NCBI GenBank assembly: GCA_964035545.1
Contig: OZ037769.1
Coordinates: 9,009,929-9,073,928, forward strand
DNA length: 64,000 nucleotides
Reading direction: 5' to 3'
Source of the DNA: Bugula neritina
Lineage: Eukaryota > Animalia > Bryozoa
The position numbers and the translations under genes were made by a program. The notes beneath the pieces were generated by a model, which was not told the origin of the DNA, searched no databases, and saw nothing but the letters and a program-made list of their open reading frames with translations. Each line of letters begins with the position of its first letter. The first letter of the stretch is position 1. This document shows positions 50,865-62,302 of the stretch, piece after piece.

Positions 50865-53800
50865 CTAGCCACGCCGTCGCCGAAAACCGCTGCCCAAGTA
50901 TTGGGAATTCTGGATAGTCGCACCTGTCAGACAACAACAATAAGGGCAGAGGTAAACGGCAAGAGGTGTACCGCGTTAGCAGACGCTGGCGCATCCATAA
51001 GTATTGTGAACTCAAATATCGCTGCCAACTTAGGGTTGGCACTACAACCACACAAGATTAAGGCAAGGGGTGTTACCAACAGCTCCTTAGACATTCTCGG
51101 GAAATCGGACGTAGTGATTACAATAGGAAAAGACACAAGAGTAGAACATTCACTCTTTGTGGCCAATGCAATTACTCACGACGTCATTTTAGGGTCTGAT
51201 TTTCTAGCAAAACTGGGAGAAGTCACCTACGATTTCCAGAGGTGCACATTGGGTTTCAATCAACGGAAGATACCCATGGGACCGGAAGCCATAAACAACG
51301 TAGCACGGACGGCATATAGCGTGGACATACCGCCTCTGTCAGAGATGGCAGTGGTGGCCACCATCACAAGTCCATCCTTGGACGGTGCCACCTGCTATTT
51401 TGAAGGCAACAAATTACCACAAAAGGTAATGGTAGGAAAATCAATTGACAGGGTAGTCAAGAGACGCATTTGGGTGCCAATAATGAATTGCACTAAGACT
51501 CCCATAACTATTCCAGAAGACACGATCGTGGGTAACGTGGAACAGGTGGAAGAAAATCTGGAACTACTCAAGGTCAACTCCCCAAAAGAAAAATCGAAGA
51601 CTCTATCCAAACCTAGCTCAAGTCTGAAACTGGAGGACACCACATTGGATCTACACCAGTTTCAGAAGCTACGAGGGCTGGTGGACGAGTTTCAAGATAT
51701 CATTTGAGAAGGAGTCACTGACCTTGGACGTACTGATATAGTACAGCCCGTGGTGGAAACAACCCCCAGTACGCACCCGATACGAAGCCGACCATACGTC
51801 ATTCCAGTAGGTATTAGGTCGGAAGTAAAAGCACAACTGGATGAAATGCAAGAAGCCGGGCTGATCACACCCAGCGCTGGCAATTGGACCTCACCAGTTG
51901 TGTTGGTCAAGAAGAAAGATGGGAGGTGGAGATTCTGCGTAGATTACCGGAAACTGAACTCCGTGACGATTAAGCAGTCTATGGCAATATCGAGCATAGA
52001 GAACGCTGTTGAAATCATGCACAACAAGAAGTACTTCAGCAGCATCGATCTATGTTCCGGTTTCTTCCAAGTAGCACTGCACGAGTCGTCTCAGGAGAAA
52101 TCAGGGTTCATAACGCCATTCGGCTGTTATGAATTTAAGGTAATGCCACAAGGAATGTCGGGCTCACCTGCGACTTTCACTCGCCTCGCATTAGCCATCA
52201 TGGCCGACCTGATAAGTGAGGGCAGCAGTTGCGTCTACCTAGACGACTGGCTGATGACATCAACCACGTTTGAGACCCATTTGCAACTACTCAGGACAGT
52301 GTTTTCCAGGCTCCGTTACGCTGGACTAAAGTTCAGACTGAGTAAAAGCCAGCTATGTCAGAAGGAGATCCTATACCTGGGACACATATTGTCGAGCAAA
52401 GGTATAGCAGTTGCACCTCACAATACCGAAAAGATCAAAAATTTCCCCACTCCGCGGAACAAAACGGAAGTCAAGAGACTTCTTGGTCTTTTCGGGTATT
52501 ACAGGTCATTCATAAAAAACTTCGCGCGGATCGCGACTCCTATTATTAAACTCACGTTCAAGGACGCCGAGTTTGTCTGGTCGGTAGAATGTCAGAGGGC
52601 TTCGGAAGAGCTGAGAACCAGAATCACCACAGCACCAATTCTGGTTTTTCCTGACATTAAAAGCCCATTTATCTTAACGACTGGTGCATCGGCAACTGCG
52701 ATTGGGGCTGTCCTGTCTCAGCTCCGAGACAATAAGGAACACCCCATATCGTTCTACTCTCGTACGCTAACAGCCGCCGAGAGGAAATGGGACGCCTGCC
52801 AGCAGGAGCTCTTCGCTATAGTGTGCGCTGTCAAACACTACAGGCAGTATCTGATGAATGTCAAATTCAGATTGATCACAGATAACGCTGCCTGTACGTA
52901 CATGATGAAGAAACCAGACTTGTCTCCCCGCCTTGCCAGATGGGCAATACAACTGGCCGACTATGACTTTGAGGTCATACACCAGGCGGGCAAACAGAAC
53001 GTGGTGGCCGACGCTCTGTCACGAGCAGAGATTCTTGCTGTAGAATCCTGCCCTATCGACGAACAGGCAAGAAATCAGCAGAAGAGAGACTACTTCTTAG
53101 GGCCAGTACTTCTGTACCTGGAGAAGGGGAAGTTTCCGGAAGACGCCTCCAAGGCGAAAGCGAATCAGATAGTTGCGGACAGCAAACAATTCAAGATAAT
53201 TGACGGGCTCGTGTACCGTAACTATCAAGACAAAGCACTTCTGGCTATCCCCTCAAGTCAGCGTCACCTCCTGATGTACGCTATGCATGACAGCATATCG
53301 GCTATGCATCCAGGAATGACTAAGACTATGCTCCGGTTGAAACAACACTACTGGTTCCCGAAGATGCACCAGGCAGTCGAAAAATATATCTCAGAATGCC
53401 ACTCATGTCAGCAGAGGAAGAACCCGAAAGTTCAGACTCGGGTCCCTCTGGCAACAAGGATAGCGACAGAGCCATTCCACACGCTATCCATGGACTTCCT
53501 CGGTCCGTTCGTGCAGAGTGCTGATGGAATGAAATACGTTCTGGTATTTACCGACCATTTTACAAAATGGTGCGAAATGATCTGCACTGCTGACCAATCA
53601 GCAGCAACAGTCGCTCGCGTCTATGTTGAGCAGATCTTTTGCAAATTCGGGGCCGCATCAGTACTACTCTCGGACAGGGCCAAGTCTTTCATGGGTTCAG
53701 TTATGGTTGAAGTGAACAAACTTCTCAAAACTGACTCCAAATTTAGTGTACCGTACTCGCCAGCATCCAACGGACAAGTGGAGATATACAACAAAACCAT

Positions 53801-54728
53801 CGCCAATATGTTGTCCCACTTCGTCGACCCAGGCACCCATCGCGATTGGGACAGATACATCCCGTTCTGTCAACTGGCGCACAATTCATCAGTACACACC
53901 ACCACCACCACGACACCAAGTATGCTCTTATTCTGCAGAGAAATGCGAATGCCATACGAGCTGACCAAACCTCGCCCACCTGTTGTGGAAGACGACGTCC
54001 CGTACGTTACGAAGTTGCTCAACAGAATGCAAGAGGTTTGGGACACAGCCAGACAGTTGATAGGAAAGGGCAAAGAAAGGCAGAAGAGATACGACAAGAA
54101 AGCACACCCCACAGATCTCAGAGTGGGAGATATAGTGTTGTACTATAATAAAAGGGCGTACAAAAACAAGACTGCTAAATTAATAAAGCGATGGCAGGGC
54201 ATGTACATAATAAAACATATAACCGATACAACTGCTGCCATACAACTATTCAACGAGCCAGATCAGGCACCATTTAGGGTGCATTTGAACCTAATGAAAA
54301 GGTACAAGGGACCTCTAGTTAGAGGACCCACATCTGAACTATCAATTGAGCTAGAGTCACCTGCGACCCAAGGCTCAGGTTCTGAGGAGGTTGAAACTTC
54401 AGCTCCAGAAACGGACAATTTTTACTCTGACAGACTGTCTAGTGAAGAAGACTGCCGAGAAACTGACTGCCAAGAGACTGACTGTCAACCTACAACAGAA
54501 ATTGAGGCACATAATGATGAACATGCACGCCATAATGAAACCGACACAGACATTGTATATAGTAATGATAACCAAGAAGGAACTAGTATCCAAGAGCCTC
54601 AGAACAACAATACTGAGGAAGCTGAAAGAATAAAGCCACCACCACCACCAACTCGCAACAATAAACGATACGGTCTAAGGCGCAGACCAAAGCAAAAGAG
54701 GGAGGCGCAATTCACTTACAGACTATAG
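50865..54728 (+). CDS. pol: Pol (PR-RT-RNase H-IN), in frame with env; one internal TGA at 51705-51707
   Basis: ALADAGAS/VILGSDFL (PR); WRFCVDYRKLN, MPQG, YLDD (RT); TGAS..ELFA..TDN (RH, first Asp is Gly); H-H-CHSC, SMDFLGP, LSDRA, GQVE (IN). Ty3/Gypsy domain order. Confidence 0.95.
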
Positions 54729-55029
54729 ACTAGACTTACCATAATACCGTTGCATGATAAAAGACTGAACACTCACTGTGACGGACTATTCTAGTTAGGC
54801 TTGCTTTTTTTTAAAGTATATATCATATTTACTACTATATTTTGATTATCTAGTATTTCATCGATTTAGTAAGGCTCAACTCTAATCCTAATTGCACTCT
54901 ACAGCCTCTATTTACCAGTTGATCACATTAGCAAGACTAGTTCAACTTGAAATAAACGAATACAATTGGTGGCTGATTAGATTTACACTATTTTACCTTT
55001 ATTTAAAAAAAAAAAAACACAAAACAAAC

Positions 55030-55970
55030 AAACTACTGAGTTGTCTCTCGCCCTACGAGCGGGCCTACAACAGCAAAATATATAAGCTAATAAGGCTAGG
55101 GCCAAGGCCCCTAATACTATCCCAGCCACTAGGCCAGTGTATCCTAAAAAAAAATAAAAAACAAACACATGATTATGTGAGCTAAGTGGTAGTTAGATTT
55201 ATTGTTAACATATTATTAGCTGGTGTATAGATATACAATGACAAAAACATATTTACATATAATATATACATATAAGTAGTGAATAAAAATAAAGTAAATG
55301 AAAAAAATATATATATATATATACATATATTATAAGGACGTTAGTAATGTTAGCTTTGTGGGGTGGTTCTATATTCTATATATCGACGAGCGCCATAGCG
55401 ACAAGCAAACATGCTGAGCACTGCCATTAGCAACAGCGCGCCTAGCCCTATAATACTTATTATGAGGACCCTATCTTGGTCCTCCTGAGCTGAGAACAAC
55501 TCAGTTAAATTGAGTTCAGTAACGTTAGACCCTGTAGCATAAAGTGGCATATAAACTAGGCATGCTTACTCAGAAAGGCAATTTGATTGATATGGCTACG
55601 ATGACCGACCCTATACTGCTACTGCTTTGAGCTAGACGATAAGTCCAATTACTAACCCCACGTGACGGGTAGATCGGTTGTAGTTTCTTGTAATTCCACA
55701 GCCGTACTGTGAAGCGTGGAGGTACTACTAAAGCACTCCAACACCCTCCCTCTCCAACAGTTGCAGTGCATTGGGCAGATCTGAAGGGCAAGGATCCATT
55801 CAAGTCATTATAAGCAATAGCCTAGTGAATGCATATATCAACCCCCCCCCCTAGTTAGTTACTAACATATAACAGTCTGCTGATACTAACAAATCTACCC
55901 CAATGCTTACTAACCCCTTGATGAGTAAATAGAATAACGAATGGCAGGAGCCATTCCCTTTTCTTTTCAT
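55030..55970 (-). CDS. Antisense spliced small membrane-protein gene in copy B: exons 55970-55911, 55780-55657, then 55531-55350 or about 55143-55030
   Basis: Same exon lengths (60, 124 and 182 nt) and splice sites as in copy A. Confidence 0.6.
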
Positions 55971-57169
55971 TGGGTGAACAGCTTAACAGCTAGCAGTGGG
56001 TACCAGTGGTCCATTAGATCAATTATATATAACCATAAACAAAACACTGAGACCAAAATACCTACAATTAGCACTCCTACTAGTTAACGTTTTTTTATTT
56101 TTTCACTATTATTTACTTATTTCAACACTAACCAGATAAAGATAGATCTATGCGTGTATAAGTAACTACAAAAACGGCTAGACAATTCATTAGCAACACG
56201 TTTACCAATTGACAACAGCCATCATTAAGTCCAATGATTATTATTACCAAGTACAACTTTACTCTTATCATTAAAATTCTATAACGCCAATACTACTCAA
56301 CCAGACATATTGACATAGTATCTATTAGTATTGACACAACTACTACTAGTAGCAGCACTATAACTGTTGTAAGTGGGTAATTCGGTCAGCAAACACACAC
56401 TTTAGTCTTACTTTAAACTAATACCTATAGTCACACGATACTGTACTGACAGTTAGTGAGTTTATCACTTTATTGAATTTATCACTTTTGAATGATATCT
56501 CAAAAATCGAACGAGAAATTACACTTAATTTGGGTTATATCGTCACATCTAGACTAAGAACTTTAAATTACTGAAGTTAATTCGATAAGTTTGAAGTAAA
56601 ACTTGAAGTCGATCACAACGAAATACTACGCCTACTACTACTATACTACTACAACTACTACTGAAGCTACGTACATATTCACATCACAGATATACCAACT
56701 GAACCCACACAATGATAAAAACGTAGAATTAATTAGTATTATCCAACTTACCGTACTGGAAGACATACTGATACGGAAAACTGAGGTTTATGGAAATATT
56801 GAGTTAAAGTTGTGTCAACAGAGTAGCGTGGCTTGTATGTAGAGTTATAGTAGAGGATCGCGCCAACTTACCGGTAATCACACAACCTCGCATTCTAGCC
56901 ACTCGAACTTTATTAATATTAATTAGATCTGCCGCAACAAATATTCGGAGCAATTTAACATTCATACCATTTCCTCATCCTAGTTAGTAATAGTCCTAGT
57001 AAGTAATAAGTAGAACGCTCTGATTAATACCAACTCACTCAGACGAATCACTTACTGACTCACCTCCATACCCCAATTCCGTAAGTAGAACCTTATCATA
57101 ATCTCGACCTACGTTATAAGTACTTCAGACACATAGCAGGAGCTATGCCTTCTTTTTCGTCGGGAGAAA

Positions 57170-57806
57170 TGTTGTAGTGGAATTATGGACTTTAGGTTTA
57201 TTCAATTCCACTGAGTCATTCTACATTCTCATTTCCTAACGCCCAGCTAAACCCCACATTGATATTAACTTTCCATTGTTATACGGATTAGAGAGAACTA
57301 ATGCCATCACAAAGCCCATCTGTTTCCTACTGTCTGTAACATGTACTAATTTCGTTACAATTGTAATTACATTTTCGCTTTGAAGTCAGTTCCTTTACGT
57401 CAAACACCCTGATCCTGCAGCTTCGTGGCTCTATCCTTATATAGAAATGCAGCCACCCTTGTAAATGCAGTAGCCTATCCTGAAGCAACTGACGTGGACC
57501 AACCGGCAGGAAACCTAAGTATTACAGCCACCCTTGTAATACTTCAACCTATCCTGAAGCAGCTGGCGTGGAGCTAACCGGCAAGAAGTATCTTGCTACA
57601 CCCAACAGCTATCTGATTTCACTTCTCTGTAAGACCCAGCTTCAGGTAGACGTACCCGGAACGAGAGGAGTCATCAACAATCTACAAGGTAATTACCATA
57701 AAGTATATGCATATAATACTGTTATAGTAAATCACTAAGGCTTAGCCATATTAGTAACAGCTGTACAGTAAGTTGTAGCGGGATACCACAAGTTCCCGTT
57801 ATAACA
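57170..57806 (+). repeat. 3' LTR of copy B
   Basis: Preceded by GGGAGAAA; TG...CA ends. Confidence 0.95.
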
Positions 57807-58821
57807 TACTCTCTCCCTCCAAAACCTAATGCTTTTGAGCAATGGCTATTATGCTCTTGGGGTCATCATGGGTAAGTATTAAACAAAAAACTTTAGTGCA
57901 CTGCTACATTCACAACTACACCTATATTATTAAGGATAATGTAGCGTTTGCTGATGCATTCTTATTTGCATCAAATGGTTGAAGATTTTTAAATAAATGA
58001 CATCTGATTTTAGGTCTTTCGCTGATGCAAGCTTGGCCCACGTTTTGTATGATAAACTCTGTAGAAGGAGATGAGCCCTATTTGGTACAATTAAGGCAGG
58101 GGCTTAAATTTACAGGAGTCTTACAGGTTAGTAAAGTTATGAAGTTTAAAATGTTCGACTTAGCCATGTAACTTCTACTAAGTTTAAAATGAATTTCAGG
58201 CTATCAAAACCTGCAATATTTGTTTCAGTTAATGAACAAAGTCCCTCATGTGCTGAAGCATATGACTGAAATTTCAGCACCGCCGGCTCTGAATATCACA
58301 AGATTTGTGGCATTATTTAAGGTAAAATTTGCCCCAGAAGGCAGCTCAAAAAGCCGAACACAACGGAAAGCGTACAGCAGATTTGTGAAATACCTAAGAG
58401 AAGCTTGGGGTAACTTTATTTATTTTATTATATTCCAGTTTTTTTTACTTAATTACATTAAAATATATTTCTGGTAACTTTTGTTTTGTTGCAATACTAG
58501 ATCAAGTAAATTGAATATTTTTCTTGAAAATCAATGCAAAATAGTTTTATTTGCAGGAGGCGAAGAGCTAATGAAAAAGTTACGCTTGAAAAAATCCTAA
58601 AGTTCACGACTGGTGCCTACGCGGAACCATTCTTAGGATTTTCGTTAAAGCCATCAATTGTTTTTGTAGAAGCAGACGCTCTTTTTCCTCTAGTAAAAAG
58701 TAGCACATGTGCAAACATTCTTTTTCTTCCGTATAATATGAACAAAAATCATTATGCTGATGAAGAAACATATGAGAAATATGATATTAGTTTTTTAAAC
58801 AAATATTTTGGTAATATGTAG
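57807..58821 (+). pseudogene. 3' exons of a HECT-like (G2E3-type) ubiquitin-ligase-domain gene, 5' part cut off by the LTR
   Basis: Short GT-AG exons give YYALGVIMG|LSLMQ..QLRQGL..GVLQ|..FAPEGS..FVKYLRE|VTLEKILKFTTGAYAEPFLGF...STCANILFLP...FG, the HECT C-lobe signature including the catalytic Cys. Confidence 0.7.
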
Positions 58822-60824
58822 TAGCTCTCTGTCACAGAATAGATAAGAGCAACCTTTTAGTTCTAGCTGCTATACCAATGATGCATTGTAATTGTATATG
58901 AATTCAGTCCCAGTAAAATAAATCATCGCATAATTGGGCTAGAATCAAATTTCAAAAACCATGTTGTAGATACCTTTCTTACTCAATGCGATTTTTTTGG
59001 AATTTCCAATGTTCTATATTTTGGCAAAGCTACAGAAAAAAACTAACCAATTTTTGCAAAACAACTACTTTTATTATGATTATTCTTTTGTAAATGCTTA
59101 TTTCTTTTACTCATGTATAATTGGACCAAAACATAGACATTCTTCAAATGCTACCATACTTGGGCTCTCTCTTGCTAACCTTGTAGTTAGGATGAGCCAG
59201 TAGTTTAGCATACAGCAAAAACCCACACTGATAATAGTTCACAAAACTACAACACTAGTGAATGCCATTGAATAAACCTAGTAAATGTCATTAAATGATG
59301 CTAGTAATTTTAAATAATTGAAACAGGTAAACTAATACTAGTAACTAGTAAACCTTATTGAATGATGCTAGTAAATCTCAATAAATTGTGCTTAATCTGG
59401 TTGTTGGTTGCTGTGGGTAGGCCTAAAGCAGAAACTGAGTCGCGGCATTCCCAAGGGATAAAATTTTACTTAGGAGACTGGAGACAGTTGGTATTCAGCA
59501 TTTGTAGTGTGAACAGCGAAAAGAAGGAAGTTGAAACTTTGCGCGAGCAGCTCAAAAAACGTGTTCACAGCTCAGTTTGGATCGTAGTCTGACAGTGCCA
59601 TTAGCTTTCAATAGTTTCAACATATTAGTTACCTCTGTTATCTCAAAATATTCAATGGGAAACAGGCTACACAAATTTTACTGTAATACTGTAGTGAATT
59701 TTGCCAGTTCACTATTACTATGTGTGGGTCTACTTAATCAAAGCCACTGCACCAGGTTGTTTACGATAAGATACTTTATTATTTACACAAATACAAGAAG
59801 GTTATTTACTGCTAGCATGAATAGAAAACGATTACATAATTAGTGAGCTTTAATACACAACTACTCTAAATGAAGTCCCAAGCTGCTCTGCCGGCTAGCT
59901 ACTCAGCGCACTGCAACTACGAGTAGCTAGCTCCACCTGCTATCAATTAGTGTGACTGTCCTGATTGGTGGTTACTAGTGGTGCCACTGCTGTCCATAGC
60001 TACACTCCGACAGTGTCGAACTCACAAGATAATAAACAATATAAAGTGGACCTTTTCGATTAATACAATAATAATTGCACCACTAAAATCTACCACAATA
60101 CTGTGGCAAATGGTCATCTAATATATATATGACAACTGTTACAATTATAAATAAGTAGAGTCGATAATCTAGAAACTTGACAAAATTTATTTAAGGCTTT
60201 TACTTGAATACTGCATTTAAGTTGGCAAAAATTACATGGGATAAATTAGAGAAACTATTTCTTAGCTACAACAAACATTTTCGATAAGAGTAAAATGAAT
60301 GTTCCAGATGCTCAATAGTTGTAATGGACACAGGTGCGGCCCTATATAGCTAATGTGATGGTTTGTTGGCAATTGTTCAACCTCATGCTAAATTATGATA
60401 AGTGACCTCATGCCCACAGTGCAATAGCATAAAGGAACTGAGACTAGATGATCAGATGATATTTTGCTGGGGATGACCTTAACTATGCTGTGGTGCGTAA
60501 AACTCAGAGGTGTACATGGGATTACATCAATTTTTGTAAAAGCATGCATTTTGCAGTTGACCTTTTTTTTTATATAAGTTATAATAAAGTTTTAAAGTTA
60601 GTACACATACTTGATTGGCTGAGGTAGACAACAGGTTTGTTTTTAATTATTATTTTGTTTTCCCAGTAAATCAGTTATTTATTGTTAAAATAATGCCCTG
60701 GAAATTATTACCGCCTATAATTCATTCAGCTTTATTAGGATAATTATACATGGTAAATAAAAACAGCATAAACTACAATTATAATGAACATGATAATCAT
60801 TATGCTATTACAATAATAAATATC

Positions 60825-62302
60825 TTATCTCTGTAAAATAATTTTTTGCAAATATAATTTAACTTGGTCATATAATTTTTGTCCAGCTGCACCGTCATCA
60901 ACATGAACATTAAATGAGTTTAAAAAGTTATCATCTTCATTCACATCCATAATTGGGGCATGTATAGGCACAATTGTTGGAATGTCAGGAAGTTCACTGT
61001 TGACAGTTTCAAGAGTTGTACAAATGAGTGCTCTTAGCAACAAGCTGAAGAGGCATGACGTTTCCTTCTGTTCTAATTGGGTGATTATTATGACACGCTT
61101 TCAAATTATCTAAAACCTGATTAATCCTGAGTATGTAAACAAAGTGCAAGGCTGCAATACAAATTGGGTAGTCAATGTTTAGCTTTCCATTTCTTTCTAA
61201 AGCATAAAAAATTCTGGCATATCTTGCACAGATGTGAGTGTTAATTCCCTATTAAATCGTTCAACTCTTTGATTGTGAACTGATGATCCAAAAATAACAG
61301 GATTTTTATTAATATCGTTTTTCAGTCCTTGCATTGTTTTCCATACAAGCTGGTTTTTACCACCATAATCTGTTCACACTTTAGCTGGAACATATCCAAC
61401 TTCTTCACAAGCCATTACAAAATATTCATACACCGTAGTGGAACGGTTGTTATTGCTACATTTTAAGAGTGTACATAGCCTGGAATGTCCATCGATTGCA
61501 CAGTGAAAGACTATTCCCCAACGAATAAGCTTGTGATTCCCATCAATATGCCAGCAGTAGTGAGGAAAAGGACTGTTATAGCATCTTCGAAAACTTCGAT
61601 GCTTGGTTTTTTCTCTTCTTTCCACTAATCCACTTGCATCAATTCGCTTTATAGAATTTCTAATTCTTTGTCTCGGTATGTGGTAGCTGCATAAAGAATA
61701 AAAAGCATTATAAAACAAAGGTCTTCGGTTTGCAAATCGGAAAAAAAATTCCAACATGAAGATACAACAACTGTAGTGTTAAATCATTTGCTTGTGACAA
61801 AGCAAATATGAATATTATAAATTGTTATAGTTTTGAAGGTAACTATCTGCAGGCAATAAAAGTGTTCTATAAAAAACTAATGGGTTACCTACATATATTT
61901 AGCAGTCATAACTACATTTGATTCTACAAAACTCATTAATAATAATTTATCCACTGTCAAGGCTCAATCGAAAGCTTATAGTTATAGAGTTTTCAAAAAT
62001 TAAAGCAAAACTATCAGAAGACAGATATTTCGTGCATACCCTTTAGATTTGAGGTACCCAATCATCAACCGTTCACCAGCAAATGGTAAAGACATTTTAG
62101 CTTCTGTGAGGAAATTATCAATTTCCGCATCAGGAAGTGTTAGATGAGTAAGTCTTGGAATGTTGCTTTCTTTCATCTCCCTTTTTAAAGTATTTCTAGC
62201 TACACCAGTTTCTTCAGCTATTTTTGTTATGGTGCATCCTACAGCCGACTTTGAGCGAATGAATTCTGAATCAAGTAGCGTTTTTGGTCTACCTCTTAGC
62301 AT
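60825..62302 (-). mobile_element. Decayed integrase-core (IS3EU-like) DDE transposase gene with intron 61687-62039
   Basis: HTH MLRGRPK..GVARNTLKR, GERLMIGYL|G, WHIDGNHKLIRWGIVFHCAIDGHSR, KV*TDYGGKN (CGA>TGA), GSSVHNQRVER, NNHPIRTEGN; frameshift near 61200. Confidence 0.8.

Larger units (their letters stand above)
45517..57806 (+). mobile_element. Copy B: full-length (12.3 kb) gag-env-pol Ty3/Gypsy element with several disabling mutations
   Basis: LTRs at 45517-46147 and 57170-57806; PBS at 46150; 1.1-kb leader; gag, env, PR, RT, RH, IN; 2.4-kb 3' region. Confidence 0.95.

Noticed and set aside
47456-51707. APOBEC hypermutation as the cause of copy B stops
   Set aside because: The stops that can be polarised are AAA>TAA and GAA>TAA transversions plus a 2-nt deletion, not G>A changes in TGG codons.
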